Of a DNA stretch of 64,000 nt, positions 9,355-18,169 are shown piece after piece; position 1 is the first letter of the stretch; every line of letters starts with the position of its first letter. The notes under the pieces are model-generated. The model was not told where the DNA came from. It made no database searches and was given only the letters and a program-made list of their open reading frames with translations. Where the stretch lies: assembly GCA_001775395.1 (NCBI GenBank), contig MEWP01000130.1, positions 74,921 to 138,920 on the forward strand, in the 5' to 3' direction. A program made the position numbers and the translations under genes. Source of the stretch: a candidate division Zixibacteria bacterium RBG_16_53_22 (GTDB taxonomy: Bacteria; Zixibacteria; MSB-5A5; UBA10806).

Positions 9355-11934
9355 ATGAAGTTGTGCAAACTCGCAGTTGTCCTGACTCTGCTATTGGCCG
9401 GGACAGCATCAGCCCAGGTTGGACGGACAGGCGTGCCGTTTCTATTAATCGCGCCCGGTGCGCGCGCGGCCGGCATGGGCGAGGCCTTCATAGCCATCTC
9501 GGATGATGCCACGGCGGTTCACTGGAATCCTGCCGGGTTGGGCAAATATCCCCTGACTGGCTCCTGGTTGAATTTCAGGGCCGGCGACAATGACACCATA
9601 CAGTCGGTCGTGCTTGTTAAAAATAACCTGCCGGAAAATAACTATCGGCAGTACGACATGTGGGGCCTGGTTAATAGCAGGCTGGCCAAATGGGATGGCC
9701 GAAAATGGGTCATGGGTATCAAGCAGGAACTGAAAAGCGGGCAATCGATGCAGAACCTGGTCACGCGATACACCGGCCTGGACGAAGAGCTGGCCGAGCC
9801 ATATGTCAATAAGCTGGCCAGAGAAAACAATCAAATCGCGCCTGAATCGATTGATTCCCTCAGGGCGATGATAACGCCGGTTCTTCCGGACGAGTACCTT
9901 TATAAGGATGAGATCCAGTTCGGTTTCGACAAACTCCTCAAAGCCTACTATGAGCTTCGAATAGACATGAATGGCTTCAACCAGATCCGCGCCGACGTCT
10001 ACGAGGTGGTTGGAAACCAGGCGCCATCGGAAGACAAGCTCGATAAGATAGCTTTCGGATTCGACCGGGGCATAACCGCCAAGGGCGACAGGAACGTCTG
10101 GATGCCATTTGATCTGGCTCTGCCGGACACTATCACATGCATCGGCTCCGACGATGAAAATGTCTATATCGGCACCGCCGGCGCCCTGTTTCGCCTCGAA
10201 CCCGACAAGCTCAAGTGGTCGATGTTTACGGCATCCGGCGACTCACTGCCATCGGGGAAAATCACGGCTCTGCATAAATTTGGCAAAAAGTCGGCGATGC
10301 TGGTCGGGACCGAAACGGGCCTGGCTAAATTCACCGGCCGTAACTTTATCCCGTTTCCCCCGGATGCTAATGCGCCCAGGGGCCATATTAGCGCCATTTC
10401 CGTCGAGAACGATCGCAACGCCTGGGTGGCGGGTGACGACCAGCTTTTTCACTTCGACGGCTTTAAATGGAGCAACTTTCACGATGAGGAATTCACGATC
10501 GGCGAATCACTCCCAAAATCGGCGGAGCGATTCTATGGCGAGCTTGGCGCCGCCGACCTCGACAATATTCTGGCCGAAATCAGAAATGCCAATCCCGCAC
10601 TTGGCGATACGGTAGCTCCCGGTCAGACCGTAAAGTTCCCTTATAGCCTCGGCTACAGGGGCAACATCACCACCCTCGGCATCGACGACAGGAAACGCCT
10701 CTGGATCGGGACCACCAATGGGGTAGCCAATTTCGATGGCGAGAAATTCCGCTTGTTCGGTTACAGGCTCTATGAGGCCCCGCAGCCAATCACAGTTCAG
10801 GAAATTGCGTCGGGCTTCATTCCCGACAGAAACCCCGAGAAGATCGAGAAGCTGTCAACGCTGATCAGGGAATTCAATCGCCTTGATTCGGACCAGTTAG
10901 AGACCGGCAAGAAGATTCTCGTATATGCCAACGCTCTCGGCTCGGAAGTCAATGCTATCAGCCCGGTCTCCGGCCGTAAGACTATCGTGGCCACCGACCA
11001 GGCCCTGGTCATGTATAACAACGGCAAATGGAATCGCATGCCGGTCGCCGGCACACGCGGTTCCGACGTGGCCGGGATACAAGCGCAGTCCGGCGAACTC
11101 TGGGTCAATGGCAGGAACAAGGTGTCAGTTTATTCGGCGCCGAAAAAGCAGATAACTTTCATGCACTCCAATTACCTGGTCGATCTGGCCGATGACATTT
11201 ATTACGAGTTCTTTTCGTTCGTATATCCAACCAGCGATTGGGGCACGTTCGGTTTGGGAGTAACTTTCCTTTCGTTGGGCAACCAGATCAGAACCGACGA
11301 AATCGGCAGGGTACTTGGAAATTTCTACACCTACGAAATGGCCCTGACCCTTTCCTACGGCACCAAATTGATGAGTAACCTCTACGGCGGCGTCTCGCTT
11401 AAATATATCAATTCGCACTTATCGGATGCCGGCGCCGGCAAGGAACAAGGCAGCGGCTCCGGCTACTCCGTGGCGGTCGACGGCGGCGTGCTGTACGATA
11501 TGACGCGCCGGCTGACACTTGCCGCGACCGTTACAAATATAGGTCCTGATATATCGTACATCGACGCTGACCAGGCAGATCCTCTGCCTCGGAAATTCTC
11601 TTTCGGTTACTCTTTCAAGCTGATCGATTCGCCCTACAACAAGCTTTCGTTCGTGGGTGAGGCCACCAAACTGCTGGTCGACCTGAACGACGATTTCACA
11701 ACCGAAATCGAGGAAATTATACCACACGTGGGCATGGAATACTGGTATTCCAATTTGGCGGGTCTGAGAGCCGGGTACGTCTACGATGACAAGGGCGTTC
11801 AGAAATATATGACTCTGGGAGCTTCTCTGCAGTACAGCAGCTACAGGTTCGATTTCGCCTATATTCCTCCAACCAACGAGGATTACAACAGATTGGGGCG
11901 AACCATCAGATTCTCGATGAACGTGGGGTTTTAG
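9355..11934 (+). CDS. PorV/PorQ-like (UPF0164-type) outer-membrane beta-barrel protein with a large internal beta-propeller-like (two-component-regulator-propeller/Y_Y_Y-like repeats) insertion
   Basis: ATG 9355 with GGAGGA SD; signal peptide 'MKLCKLAVVLTLLLAGTASAQ'; N-terminal signature 'GVPFLLIAPGARAAGMGEAFIAISDDATAVHWNPAGLG'; C-terminal barrel ending '...RFSMNVGF'; middle region with repeated 'NVWMPFD..IGT..GLFR', 'NAWVAGDDQLFHFDGFKW' propeller-blade-like motifs; sits between two T9SS-CTD cargo genes. Confidence 0.65.
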   Translation: MKLCKLAVVLTLLLAGTASAQVGRTGVPFLLIAPGARAAGMGEAFIAISDDATAVHWNPAGLGKYPLTGSWLNFRAGDNDTIQSVVLVKNNLPENNYRQYDMWGLVNSRLAKWDGRKWVMGIKQELKSGQSMQNLVTRYTGLDEELAEPYVNKLARENNQIAPESIDSLRAMITPVLPDEYLYKDEIQFGFDKLLKAYYELRIDMNGFNQIRADVYEVVGNQAPSEDKLDKIAFGFDRGITAKGDRNVWMPFDLALPDTITCIGSDDENVYIGTAGALFRLEPDKLKWSMFTASGDSLPSGKITALHKFGKKSAMLVGTETGLAKFTGRNFIPFPPDANAPRGHISAISVENDRNAWVAGDDQLFHFDGFKWSNFHDEEFTIGESLPKSAERFYGELGAADLDNILAEIRNANPALGDTVAPGQTVKFPYSLGYRGNITTLGIDDRKRLWIGTTNGVANFDGEKFRLFGYRLYEAPQPITVQEIASGFIPDRNPEKIEKLSTLIREFNRLDSDQLETGKKILVYANALGSEVNAISPVSGRKTIVATDQALVMYNNGKWNRMPVAGTRGSDVAGIQAQSGELWVNGRNKVSVYSAPKKQITFMHSNYLVDLADDIYYEFFSFVYPTSDWGTFGLGVTFLSLGNQIRTDEIGRVLGNFYTYEMALTLSYGTKLMSNLYGGVSLKYINSHLSDAGAGKEQGSGSGYSVAVDGGVLYDMTRRLTLAATVTNIGPDISYIDADQADPLPRKFSFGYSFKLIDSPYNKLSFVGEATKLLVDLNDDFTTEIEEIIPHVGMEYWYSNLAGLRAGYVYDDKGVQKYMTLGASLQYSSYRFDFAYIPPTNEDYNRLGRTIRFSMNVGF

Positions 11935-11937
11935 TAA

Positions 11938-14900
11938 GTGCTTGGACGAAGCGCTCTCATTCTTTGGGCAGCGACCGCTTCTTTTCTGATACAACCACAG
12001 GTATCGGCTGACGGGAAGATCATCAAGCCGATTGGCCGTGAGACGATTGAGCCCCCGGCCCAAATCGGCGAATTCGTATCCGATGTCTCCCGGAGAAACC
12101 TGCTCGGCCTCGAAAGACCGACTCCCTTCTCGCTTCCAACCTCCAAGCGTGGCGTATCGCTGGCCGAGGCTGTCCAGGAGGATACGATCCGTGTTCTCGC
12201 GCTCAAGGTTGAATTCCTGACTGAGACTCCGGACAACGGCAAGACCACCGGCAACGGCAATTTCGACCTGCGCACATATGAGGAATTTCAAGCTCAAGAG
12301 GGGCATTATATCGACCCCGCGCCGCATAACTCCGCCTATTTCAATTCGCACCTCGATGCGCTAAATCGCTATTGGCAATCGGTCTCGGATGGTAAACTCA
12401 GCCTCAACTGGGACATCTATCCTCAAATCGAGGACGAGGCTTTCAGGCTTCCGGTATCGATGTCATACTATGGCTCCGAAGGCCCATGGGCCGATTCGTC
12501 TGTCGGTGACAAACTCGGCCACTTTTTCATCGATGCCATCCATTTCGCCGATTCTGCCGCGCCGGAAATAAATTTCGCCGATTTCCAGGCTATCATCGTC
12601 TTTCACGCCGGCTCGGACCAGCAAAACAATATCGCTTTCATCGATGATACTCCGGATGATTTCTGGACCGGCTTTCTGCGCCTGGCCGAACCGCTGGAAG
12701 TCGATGGCGGCTCCGCGTCAGTAATTGATGGCACCATCATGCCGGAGACGGTCAATCAGGATAATCGCCTTAACGCCCTCAACGCCGTCATGGCACATGA
12801 ATTCGGTCATCAGTTGGGATTGGTCGACCTCTACCAGACGCGCAATTTCCTGACACAGATAGGCGATTTCTCGCTCATGGACAACAACGGCATGTCGGTC
12901 GGGGTGATAATCGATGATAACTTCCCGTCGGTGGGCGGCACGATCCCGGTCTACCCCGACGCCTGGTCGCGAGCCTACTTGGGATTCGATATCCCCCGCG
13001 AGGTAACGCTGGGCGATAATGAGCCGGTCTTTGCGGCGGCGCTGCAGCATTCCGATAACGAAATCATCAAGGTGCCGATTACGGAATTCGAATATTTCCT
13101 GGTCGAGAACAGACAGATCGATGCCGATACTCTCGAACCTGGCTTCCCATTCGACAACGTCCTGATCGGCGACCCGCAGACGACTGTTATCCTGGGGCCG
13201 GGCTATGCCTATTTCCAGGGGAATGACACGATTCTGGTTACCGACGCCGAATACGACCGCCTTCTGCCCGGCAATGGCATGCTCATCTTCCATGTCGACG
13301 AATCCGTGGCATATATGAATGAGATGCCCGAGTATGGCCCGAATAATTTTTGGAATAACACGCTTCAGTGGCAGCCGAGCCGGCGTTTCGTGTCGCTGGT
13401 CGAGGCCGATGGTATCATCGATTTTGGAGGCAACTACTATACCGGATTCGGCAGCCAGGCCGATATGTTCAGGCGATTCTATAACTCGCAATTTACGCCC
13501 TTTACAAGTCCTTCGTCACATTCGAATCTCGGCGCCGATACCCATATCTCGATCACAGATATCTCAAGTTCCGATACTATGATGACATCCGATATCAGAA
13601 TCGACTGGTTTATGCCAGGCTGGCCCCAGATGAGTATCCCGGGAAGCGCCAGCGATCCGGTGGTGGCTGATTTGGATGGCGATGACAGCCTCGAGGTCAT
13701 CATGGCCTCCGGTAATCAGCTTCTCATATGGCGTCATGACGGCAGCAAATTCATACCCAACTCCGATTCGATTGGAATTTTAAGATTCGACAGCAGCATC
13801 GCAATCTACCCGCTGGCCGTGGCCGCGGAGTGCGATACAGATATTGTCGGCAGACCGGTGATTTTCCAAGCGGATTCCCCCGCCCCTGACGTCGACGCGC
13901 CCGAGATAGCGGTATCAACAATATCGGGAAGGTTATATGTTTTTGGCATAAATGACGGAAATGGGGATGGCAGAATCGACCCCCTTCCGCTGACCCCCAT
14001 CGAGAATGTGACAACATCGATGGCAGGGCCGATCGCGGCAAATTTCTGGAGCCCACTGGCCGATCAACTAATCACAATAGACAATGAGGGAAGGGTCCAT
14101 CAAATCAGTTGGGGCTATTCCCTCGCTATCCCCATAGACTCGGTGGTTTACAGTTTCGGGGGGCCCGCAGTTCCGGCCTGCGCGTATACCACTGGCGAGA
14201 TGGACCATCTGCAGGTATTAAGGTTAATGCTCGGTGGCCCACCGAGGTTAGTGACGCTCGAGGCCGCAAGCGGAAGCCTTGAATTTAGTGAGACGTCGGT
14301 GCAGGCGGTCCACGCCACTGCCCTCGTCGCGGGCGACTTGTTGCGAGCCGGTTCCGGTGAGCAGGTCGTAGCCACGGATATTGATGAAATCACCCTCGTG
14401 GGCGAAGACGGTCTTGTTATCTGGAGGCGGCAAATCGACAGCCTCAGCGGCCATCCTGCGTTGGGCGATATCAACTCCGACGGCTATCCCGAGATCGTGG
14501 TCGTCGGCGATTCGAAGATTCTTGCCTTCAATCGCGAGGGGGCTTTGCTCTCCGATTTCCCAATAAACCTGCACCTTTATGATTTGAACGGCCTGATCGA
14601 GGCTTCCCCCGTCCTGGCTGATGTCGACTCCGACGGCAATCCCGATATAATTGTGGGACTTCCCGGCGGCGCGGTCTACGCTTTCAACTACCGGGGTGAC
14701 AGGTTAGCAGGATTCCCGCTGCCAACCTCGTTTGGAATAACCAGAGCCGCCGCTGTTGGAGACTTGAATAATGATGGCCAGACCGACCTGCTTGCCGTTG
14801 AAAGCGTCGGCTTCGTGAAAGCCTGGGACATTGGAACAGCGTTTAACTCCCAAAACGCTCCCTGGCCAATGGCCGGCGGCGATGCCAAGAATAGCGGCTA

Positions 14901-15222
14901 CCTGGCGGCGCAATTTCAGAAACCGGTTATGACCACCGACGAGCAACTTCCCGAAAACTCGGTATTCTGTTACCCCAATCCGGCGAAAAATTCGACTACG
15001 ATCAGGTATTACCTGAATAGCGATTCCCAGGTAAGTATCGATATTTATGATTACCTTGGCGAGCGCATACACAAAGCAAATCTCGTGGGTCAGGCCCACG
15101 CCGATAATGAATATGTCTGGAACTGCTCGGATGCGGCATCGGGTGTCTACTATTGCCATATCCAGGCCACGAATGCCGCACGCGAGGTTTGGCGGATGAT
15201 TAAAATTGCGGTCGTGAATTAA
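11938..15222 (+). CDS. M6-family (immune inhibitor A-like) zinc metalloprotease with FG-GAP/VCBS repeats and T9SS type-A C-terminal sorting domain (GTG start)
   Basis: 'MAHEFGHQLGLVDLYQT' matches the M6 HExxHxLGLPDLY zinc-binding signature; FG-GAP-like repeats 'GDINSDGYPEIVVVG', 'ADVDSDGNPDIIVG', 'GDLNNDGQTDLLAV'; C-terminal 'ENSVFCYPNPAKNSTTIRYYL...GVYYCHIQATNAA...IAVVN' CTD. Confidence 0.85.
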   Translation: MLGRSALILWAATASFLIQPQVSADGKIIKPIGRETIEPPAQIGEFVSDVSRRNLLGLERPTPFSLPTSKRGVSLAEAVQEDTIRVLALKVEFLTETPDNGKTTGNGNFDLRTYEEFQAQEGHYIDPAPHNSAYFNSHLDALNRYWQSVSDGKLSLNWDIYPQIEDEAFRLPVSMSYYGSEGPWADSSVGDKLGHFFIDAIHFADSAAPEINFADFQAIIVFHAGSDQQNNIAFIDDTPDDFWTGFLRLAEPLEVDGGSASVIDGTIMPETVNQDNRLNALNAVMAHEFGHQLGLVDLYQTRNFLTQIGDFSLMDNNGMSVGVIIDDNFPSVGGTIPVYPDAWSRAYLGFDIPREVTLGDNEPVFAAALQHSDNEIIKVPITEFEYFLVENRQIDADTLEPGFPFDNVLIGDPQTTVILGPGYAYFQGNDTILVTDAEYDRLLPGNGMLIFHVDESVAYMNEMPEYGPNNFWNNTLQWQPSRRFVSLVEADGIIDFGGNYYTGFGSQADMFRRFYNSQFTPFTSPSSHSNLGADTHISITDISSSDTMMTSDIRIDWFMPGWPQMSIPGSASDPVVADLDGDDSLEVIMASGNQLLIWRHDGSKFIPNSDSIGILRFDSSIAIYPLAVAAECDTDIVGRPVIFQADSPAPDVDAPEIAVSTISGRLYVFGINDGNGDGRIDPLPLTPIENVTTSMAGPIAANFWSPLADQLITIDNEGRVHQISWGYSLAIPIDSVVYSFGGPAVPACAYTTGEMDHLQVLRLMLGGPPRLVTLEAASGSLEFSETSVQAVHATALVAGDLLRAGSGEQVVATDIDEITLVGEDGLVIWRRQIDSLSGHPALGDINSDGYPEIVVVGDSKILAFNREGALLSDFPINLHLYDLNGLIEASPVLADVDSDGNPDIIVGLPGGAVYAFNYRGDRLAGFPLPTSFGITRAAAVGDLNNDGQTDLLAVESVGFVKAWDIGTAFNSQNAPWPMAGGDAKNSGYLAAQFQKPVMTTDEQLPENSVFCYPNPAKNSTTIRYYLNSDSQVSIDIYDYLGERIHKANLVGQAHADNEYVWNCSDAASGVYYCHIQATNAAREVWRMIKIAVVN

Positions 15223-15267
15223 CTTGTCCGCCTAAGGCGGGTAGGCATACCTTTTTCAGGAGGAAAT

Positions 15268-16119
15268 ATGAAGTCAGTATTGAAAGGCTTAATCGCGACG
15301 GCGGTGGTGTTTTCGGCCGGGACGGCTTCGGCCTCCGGCCTGACACGCACCACCACCATCGATGAGGCCTTCCTTGCAAATTCGATCACCATGCAGAACT
15401 TCTTCGCCAAGAAGCTTGAGGTCCGCCAGGGGGAGGACGATTTGCGCGAGGATATCTACGAATTCCATGCCAAATCGCCGCTGAAGGCATTCGCCCTATC
15501 GCTGGCGATTCCCGGGGCCGGTCAATTCTACAACGGCTCGAAAATCAAGGCCGGCACTTTCTTGGCCGCCGATGCCCTCCTGTGGACCGGATATCTCATC
15601 TACCACGGCAAGGGGAATGATCAGGAAAAGAAGTATAGGAAGTTTGCCGATGATAATTATACCGCGTCCAGATATTTCGACTGGTTCGAGACTCTGGGTG
15701 ATTCGGTCAGACAGGTGTTCTCGCATCAAATCTATCCCGATCCAAACGACCCCGAAGGAGTTGTCAGGAATCACGAGTATTATGAAAATATCGGTAAATA
15801 TGATCAATTTCAGCCCGGTTGGAACGACTACGATTCGCTCGGATGGCCGCCCCCGCCTCTGCCCGGCGAGAATAGAGAATATCAGGCTACACCCTATCGT
15901 ATGCAATACCTCGACATGCGCCGGCAGGCCAACGACTACTTTTCCAACGCCTCGACCATGGCCATGATTTCTATTGCCAATCATCTGATTTCGGCTTTCG
16001 ACGCGGCCATCGGGGCCAAGAAATACAACCGCGGCACCAGGCAATATTCTCTGAGGCTCAAATCGAAAAATATCGATGGCAAGGTGGCGCCGTTTATCGT
16101 GGCGGAGGTTAAATTCTAA
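15268..16119 (+). CDS. Secreted protein of unknown function, paralog A (signal peptide; conserved 'L(A/S)xxxPGAGQ[FY]Y' motif; C-terminal '...VAEVKF' suggestive of OM beta-barrel)
   Basis: 283 aa; signal peptide 'MKSVLKGLIATAVVFSAGTASA'; shares 'LPGAGQYY/IPGAGQFY' and 'YYE..(Y)DN/QF' motifs with next gene; ends with aromatic Phe. Confidence 0.55.
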   Translation: MKSVLKGLIATAVVFSAGTASASGLTRTTTIDEAFLANSITMQNFFAKKLEVRQGEDDLREDIYEFHAKSPLKAFALSLAIPGAGQFYNGSKIKAGTFLAADALLWTGYLIYHGKGNDQEKKYRKFADDNYTASRYFDWFETLGDSVRQVFSHQIYPDPNDPEGVVRNHEYYENIGKYDQFQPGWNDYDSLGWPPPPLPGENREYQATPYRMQYLDMRRQANDYFSNASTMAMISIANHLISAFDAAIGAKKYNRGTRQYSLRLKSKNIDGKVAPFIVAEVKF

Positions 16120-16124
16120 CTCTT

Positions 16125-16877
16125 ATGTCAAAATCCATTCCTGTCATAATGCTGTTGTTCCTCCTTGGCTTGTCCCCATTGGCGGGCGCCCAGAGCATTA
16201 CGCAAATGATGGCTTCCTCTGGCAACCTCCTCGATGACGACGATCTCAACTTGCCATCCTATGCCAGCCCCGGCCAGGAGCGGCCTCATGAGAAATCCAG
16301 ATTTCTGGCGTTGGGCCTGTCGTTCGTCCTTCCGGGCGCCGGGCAGTACTATACCGAGAATAAGTCGAAGACGATCATATTCGGCGGTGCCGAAGCGATG
16401 ATATGGGGTGGATTTTTTGGCCTGCGCCAGTACGGCGGCTGGAAGAAGGACGATTATCGGGCCTGGGCCGCATTCCACGCCGGGGCCGATGTCAATGACA
16501 AGCCCGATATCTATTACGAGAAACTGACCTACTACGACAACCTCAACGAATATAATCAACTGGCTCCGCTCTATGATGGAGATGAGGCCACCCTCTTCCC
16601 CGCCACCCGCGACTATTATTGGAACTGGGATTCCGATGGCAGCCGCGATCATTATCGCAGCTTGCGCAACCAGAGCAAGAACGCCTACCGAAGATCGCTA
16701 TTCCTGCTGGGCGCGGCCCTTATCAATCGTGTCCTGGCGGGTATCGACGCCTACCGGGCGGCAAGCTATTACGAGGAAGATTCTGAGTTCGGCCTTGCAG
16801 GATGGAATGCCTACTGCCAGACGAATGGACCGTTATGGGACCACGAGGTCAGAATAGGCATTGCCAGGAAATTCTAA
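16125..16877 (+). CDS. Secreted protein of unknown function, paralog B of 15268-16119
   Basis: 250 aa; signal peptide; 'LGLSFVLPGAGQYYTENKSK'; ends '...RIGIARKF'; 5-nt spacing from paralog A. Confidence 0.55.
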   Translation: MSKSIPVIMLLFLLGLSPLAGAQSITQMMASSGNLLDDDDLNLPSYASPGQERPHEKSRFLALGLSFVLPGAGQYYTENKSKTIIFGGAEAMIWGGFFGLRQYGGWKKDDYRAWAAFHAGADVNDKPDIYYEKLTYYDNLNEYNQLAPLYDGDEATLFPATRDYYWNWDSDGSRDHYRSLRNQSKNAYRRSLFLLGAALINRVLAGIDAYRAASYYEEDSEFGLAGWNAYCQTNGPLWDHEVRIGIARKF

Positions 16878-17987
16878 ATGCCATTGCGATTTGGAAAAAT
16901 AACGTCCGATAAGACTGCCATTAGTCACCTCGGAAACAAGGTTGAGAAATTTGATGTAGGGACGTATTGCAATGCGCTCCAACGCTATATTTGGAAACAT
17001 ATTTGTCGTGGCAAACGAATAATCTCAATTTCGGGTTTGACTGCTTTATCGTCATTTTCGCTGGCGCTTCTTTTTTCATCATGCGCCTCGGGCGGCAGGC
17101 AATCATCTCCTCCCGCTGTTCCGGTCGCGGCTCGATCGATATTGAACGTTCATCAGGTTGGTTCCATCGGGCCGGAGATCGGCGCTCTCGGTAAATTGAT
17201 CGAACCGGCCAGTCTTCTGGTCGACAATCTCGGTGACATATTCATTGCCGACAGGGCCATCAATGCCATCTACAAGCTATCTGCTGATTTGACACCCCTG
17301 AAGCGAGAGGGCGGCCTGGGTGGATTTGGCGGCGGCTTCAACCGGCCCCTGGGTATGGCCTGCGATGCGGCGCTGAATTTATACATCGCCGATGGCGGCA
17401 ACCGCCGAATACAAACCCTGGATCGCAATCTTCGTTTCGTCAAATCGACAGATTCCTACGAGGACCGGGACGGTCAGGTGGTCGAATTCAATTTCCCATC
17501 CGATATCGCTATCGACAACGAGGGGAATATCTGGGTGGCCGACGAGGATAAGGTCCTCAAACTCGACCCATTCTACAAGCTCATCTTCGAGGCCTCCGAC
17601 AAAGGAGCCGGATATTTCATACTCGGACGAGTCTCCTCCATCGAGATTTCGATGGCCGGCAATGTGGCAATTGGCGACGCCGGCAATAGGCGCATCGTGA
17701 TAATGTCGACCTACGGCAACTTCATCGCCGATATTCCCACCGGTTCAGCCTCTGCGGTAACCTGGGATGACAAGGATAATATCTGGGCGATCGAATCGGA
17801 CAGGAACAGGATTTCGTGCTACAATATGACCGGCGACTTGCTGTATACATTCGCCGATATGGGCGGCTCGCGCCCGATCTGGATCGCGTTTGGCCGCGAC
17901 GGTGAACTTCTGGTCCTCGATAGCAATCAGCGCCGCCTCAAAACCTACGAGATAATCCGCGGCGCCGAGGCGCCGGATAAAAAGTAA
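16878..17987 (+). CDS. NHL-repeat beta-propeller lipoprotein (true start probably downstream of track start; lipobox 'LLFSSC')
   Basis: NHL-like repeats 'LYIADGGNRRIQTLD', 'GNIWVADEDKVLKLD', 'NVAIGDAGNRRIVIM', 'DNIWAIESDRNRI'; signal/lipobox 'LALLFSSCASG'. Confidence 0.7.
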   Translation: MPLRFGKITSDKTAISHLGNKVEKFDVGTYCNALQRYIWKHICRGKRIISISGLTALSSFSLALLFSSCASGGRQSSPPAVPVAARSILNVHQVGSIGPEIGALGKLIEPASLLVDNLGDIFIADRAINAIYKLSADLTPLKREGGLGGFGGGFNRPLGMACDAALNLYIADGGNRRIQTLDRNLRFVKSTDSYEDRDGQVVEFNFPSDIAIDNEGNIWVADEDKVLKLDPFYKLIFEASDKGAGYFILGRVSSIEISMAGNVAIGDAGNRRIVIMSTYGNFIADIPTGSASAVTWDDKDNIWAIESDRNRISCYNMTGDLLYTFADMGGSRPIWIAFGRDGELLVLDSNQRRLKTYEIIRGAEAPDKK

Positions 17988-18169
17988 GATGCTTATTAAT
18001 GATGCGGTGGCTTTTCAGGTGGTGTCCGGTCTTCTCTTCGAGCCTGCTGTCGACCTTGAGGGCCGTCAGGCCCGATGGGATGGCCCTTCAGCGCCTCAAC
18101 GACAGAACTGATATTTCAGATCCCTCGTCTCAGCCGGGCCCTCCGCGGAAGGCGAATTCATGGCGGCGC

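Noticed and set aside
11419-12351. 310-aa minus-strand ORF spanning the junction of the PorV-like and M6 protease genes
   Set aside because: Entirely antisense to two well-supported plus-strand genes with strong domain signatures; no motifs; typical shadow ORF in GC-rich coding DNA.
12718-13491. 257-aa minus-strand ORF inside the M6 metalloprotease gene
   Set aside because: Antisense shadow ORF; plus-strand gene carries the HExxH metalloprotease signature here.
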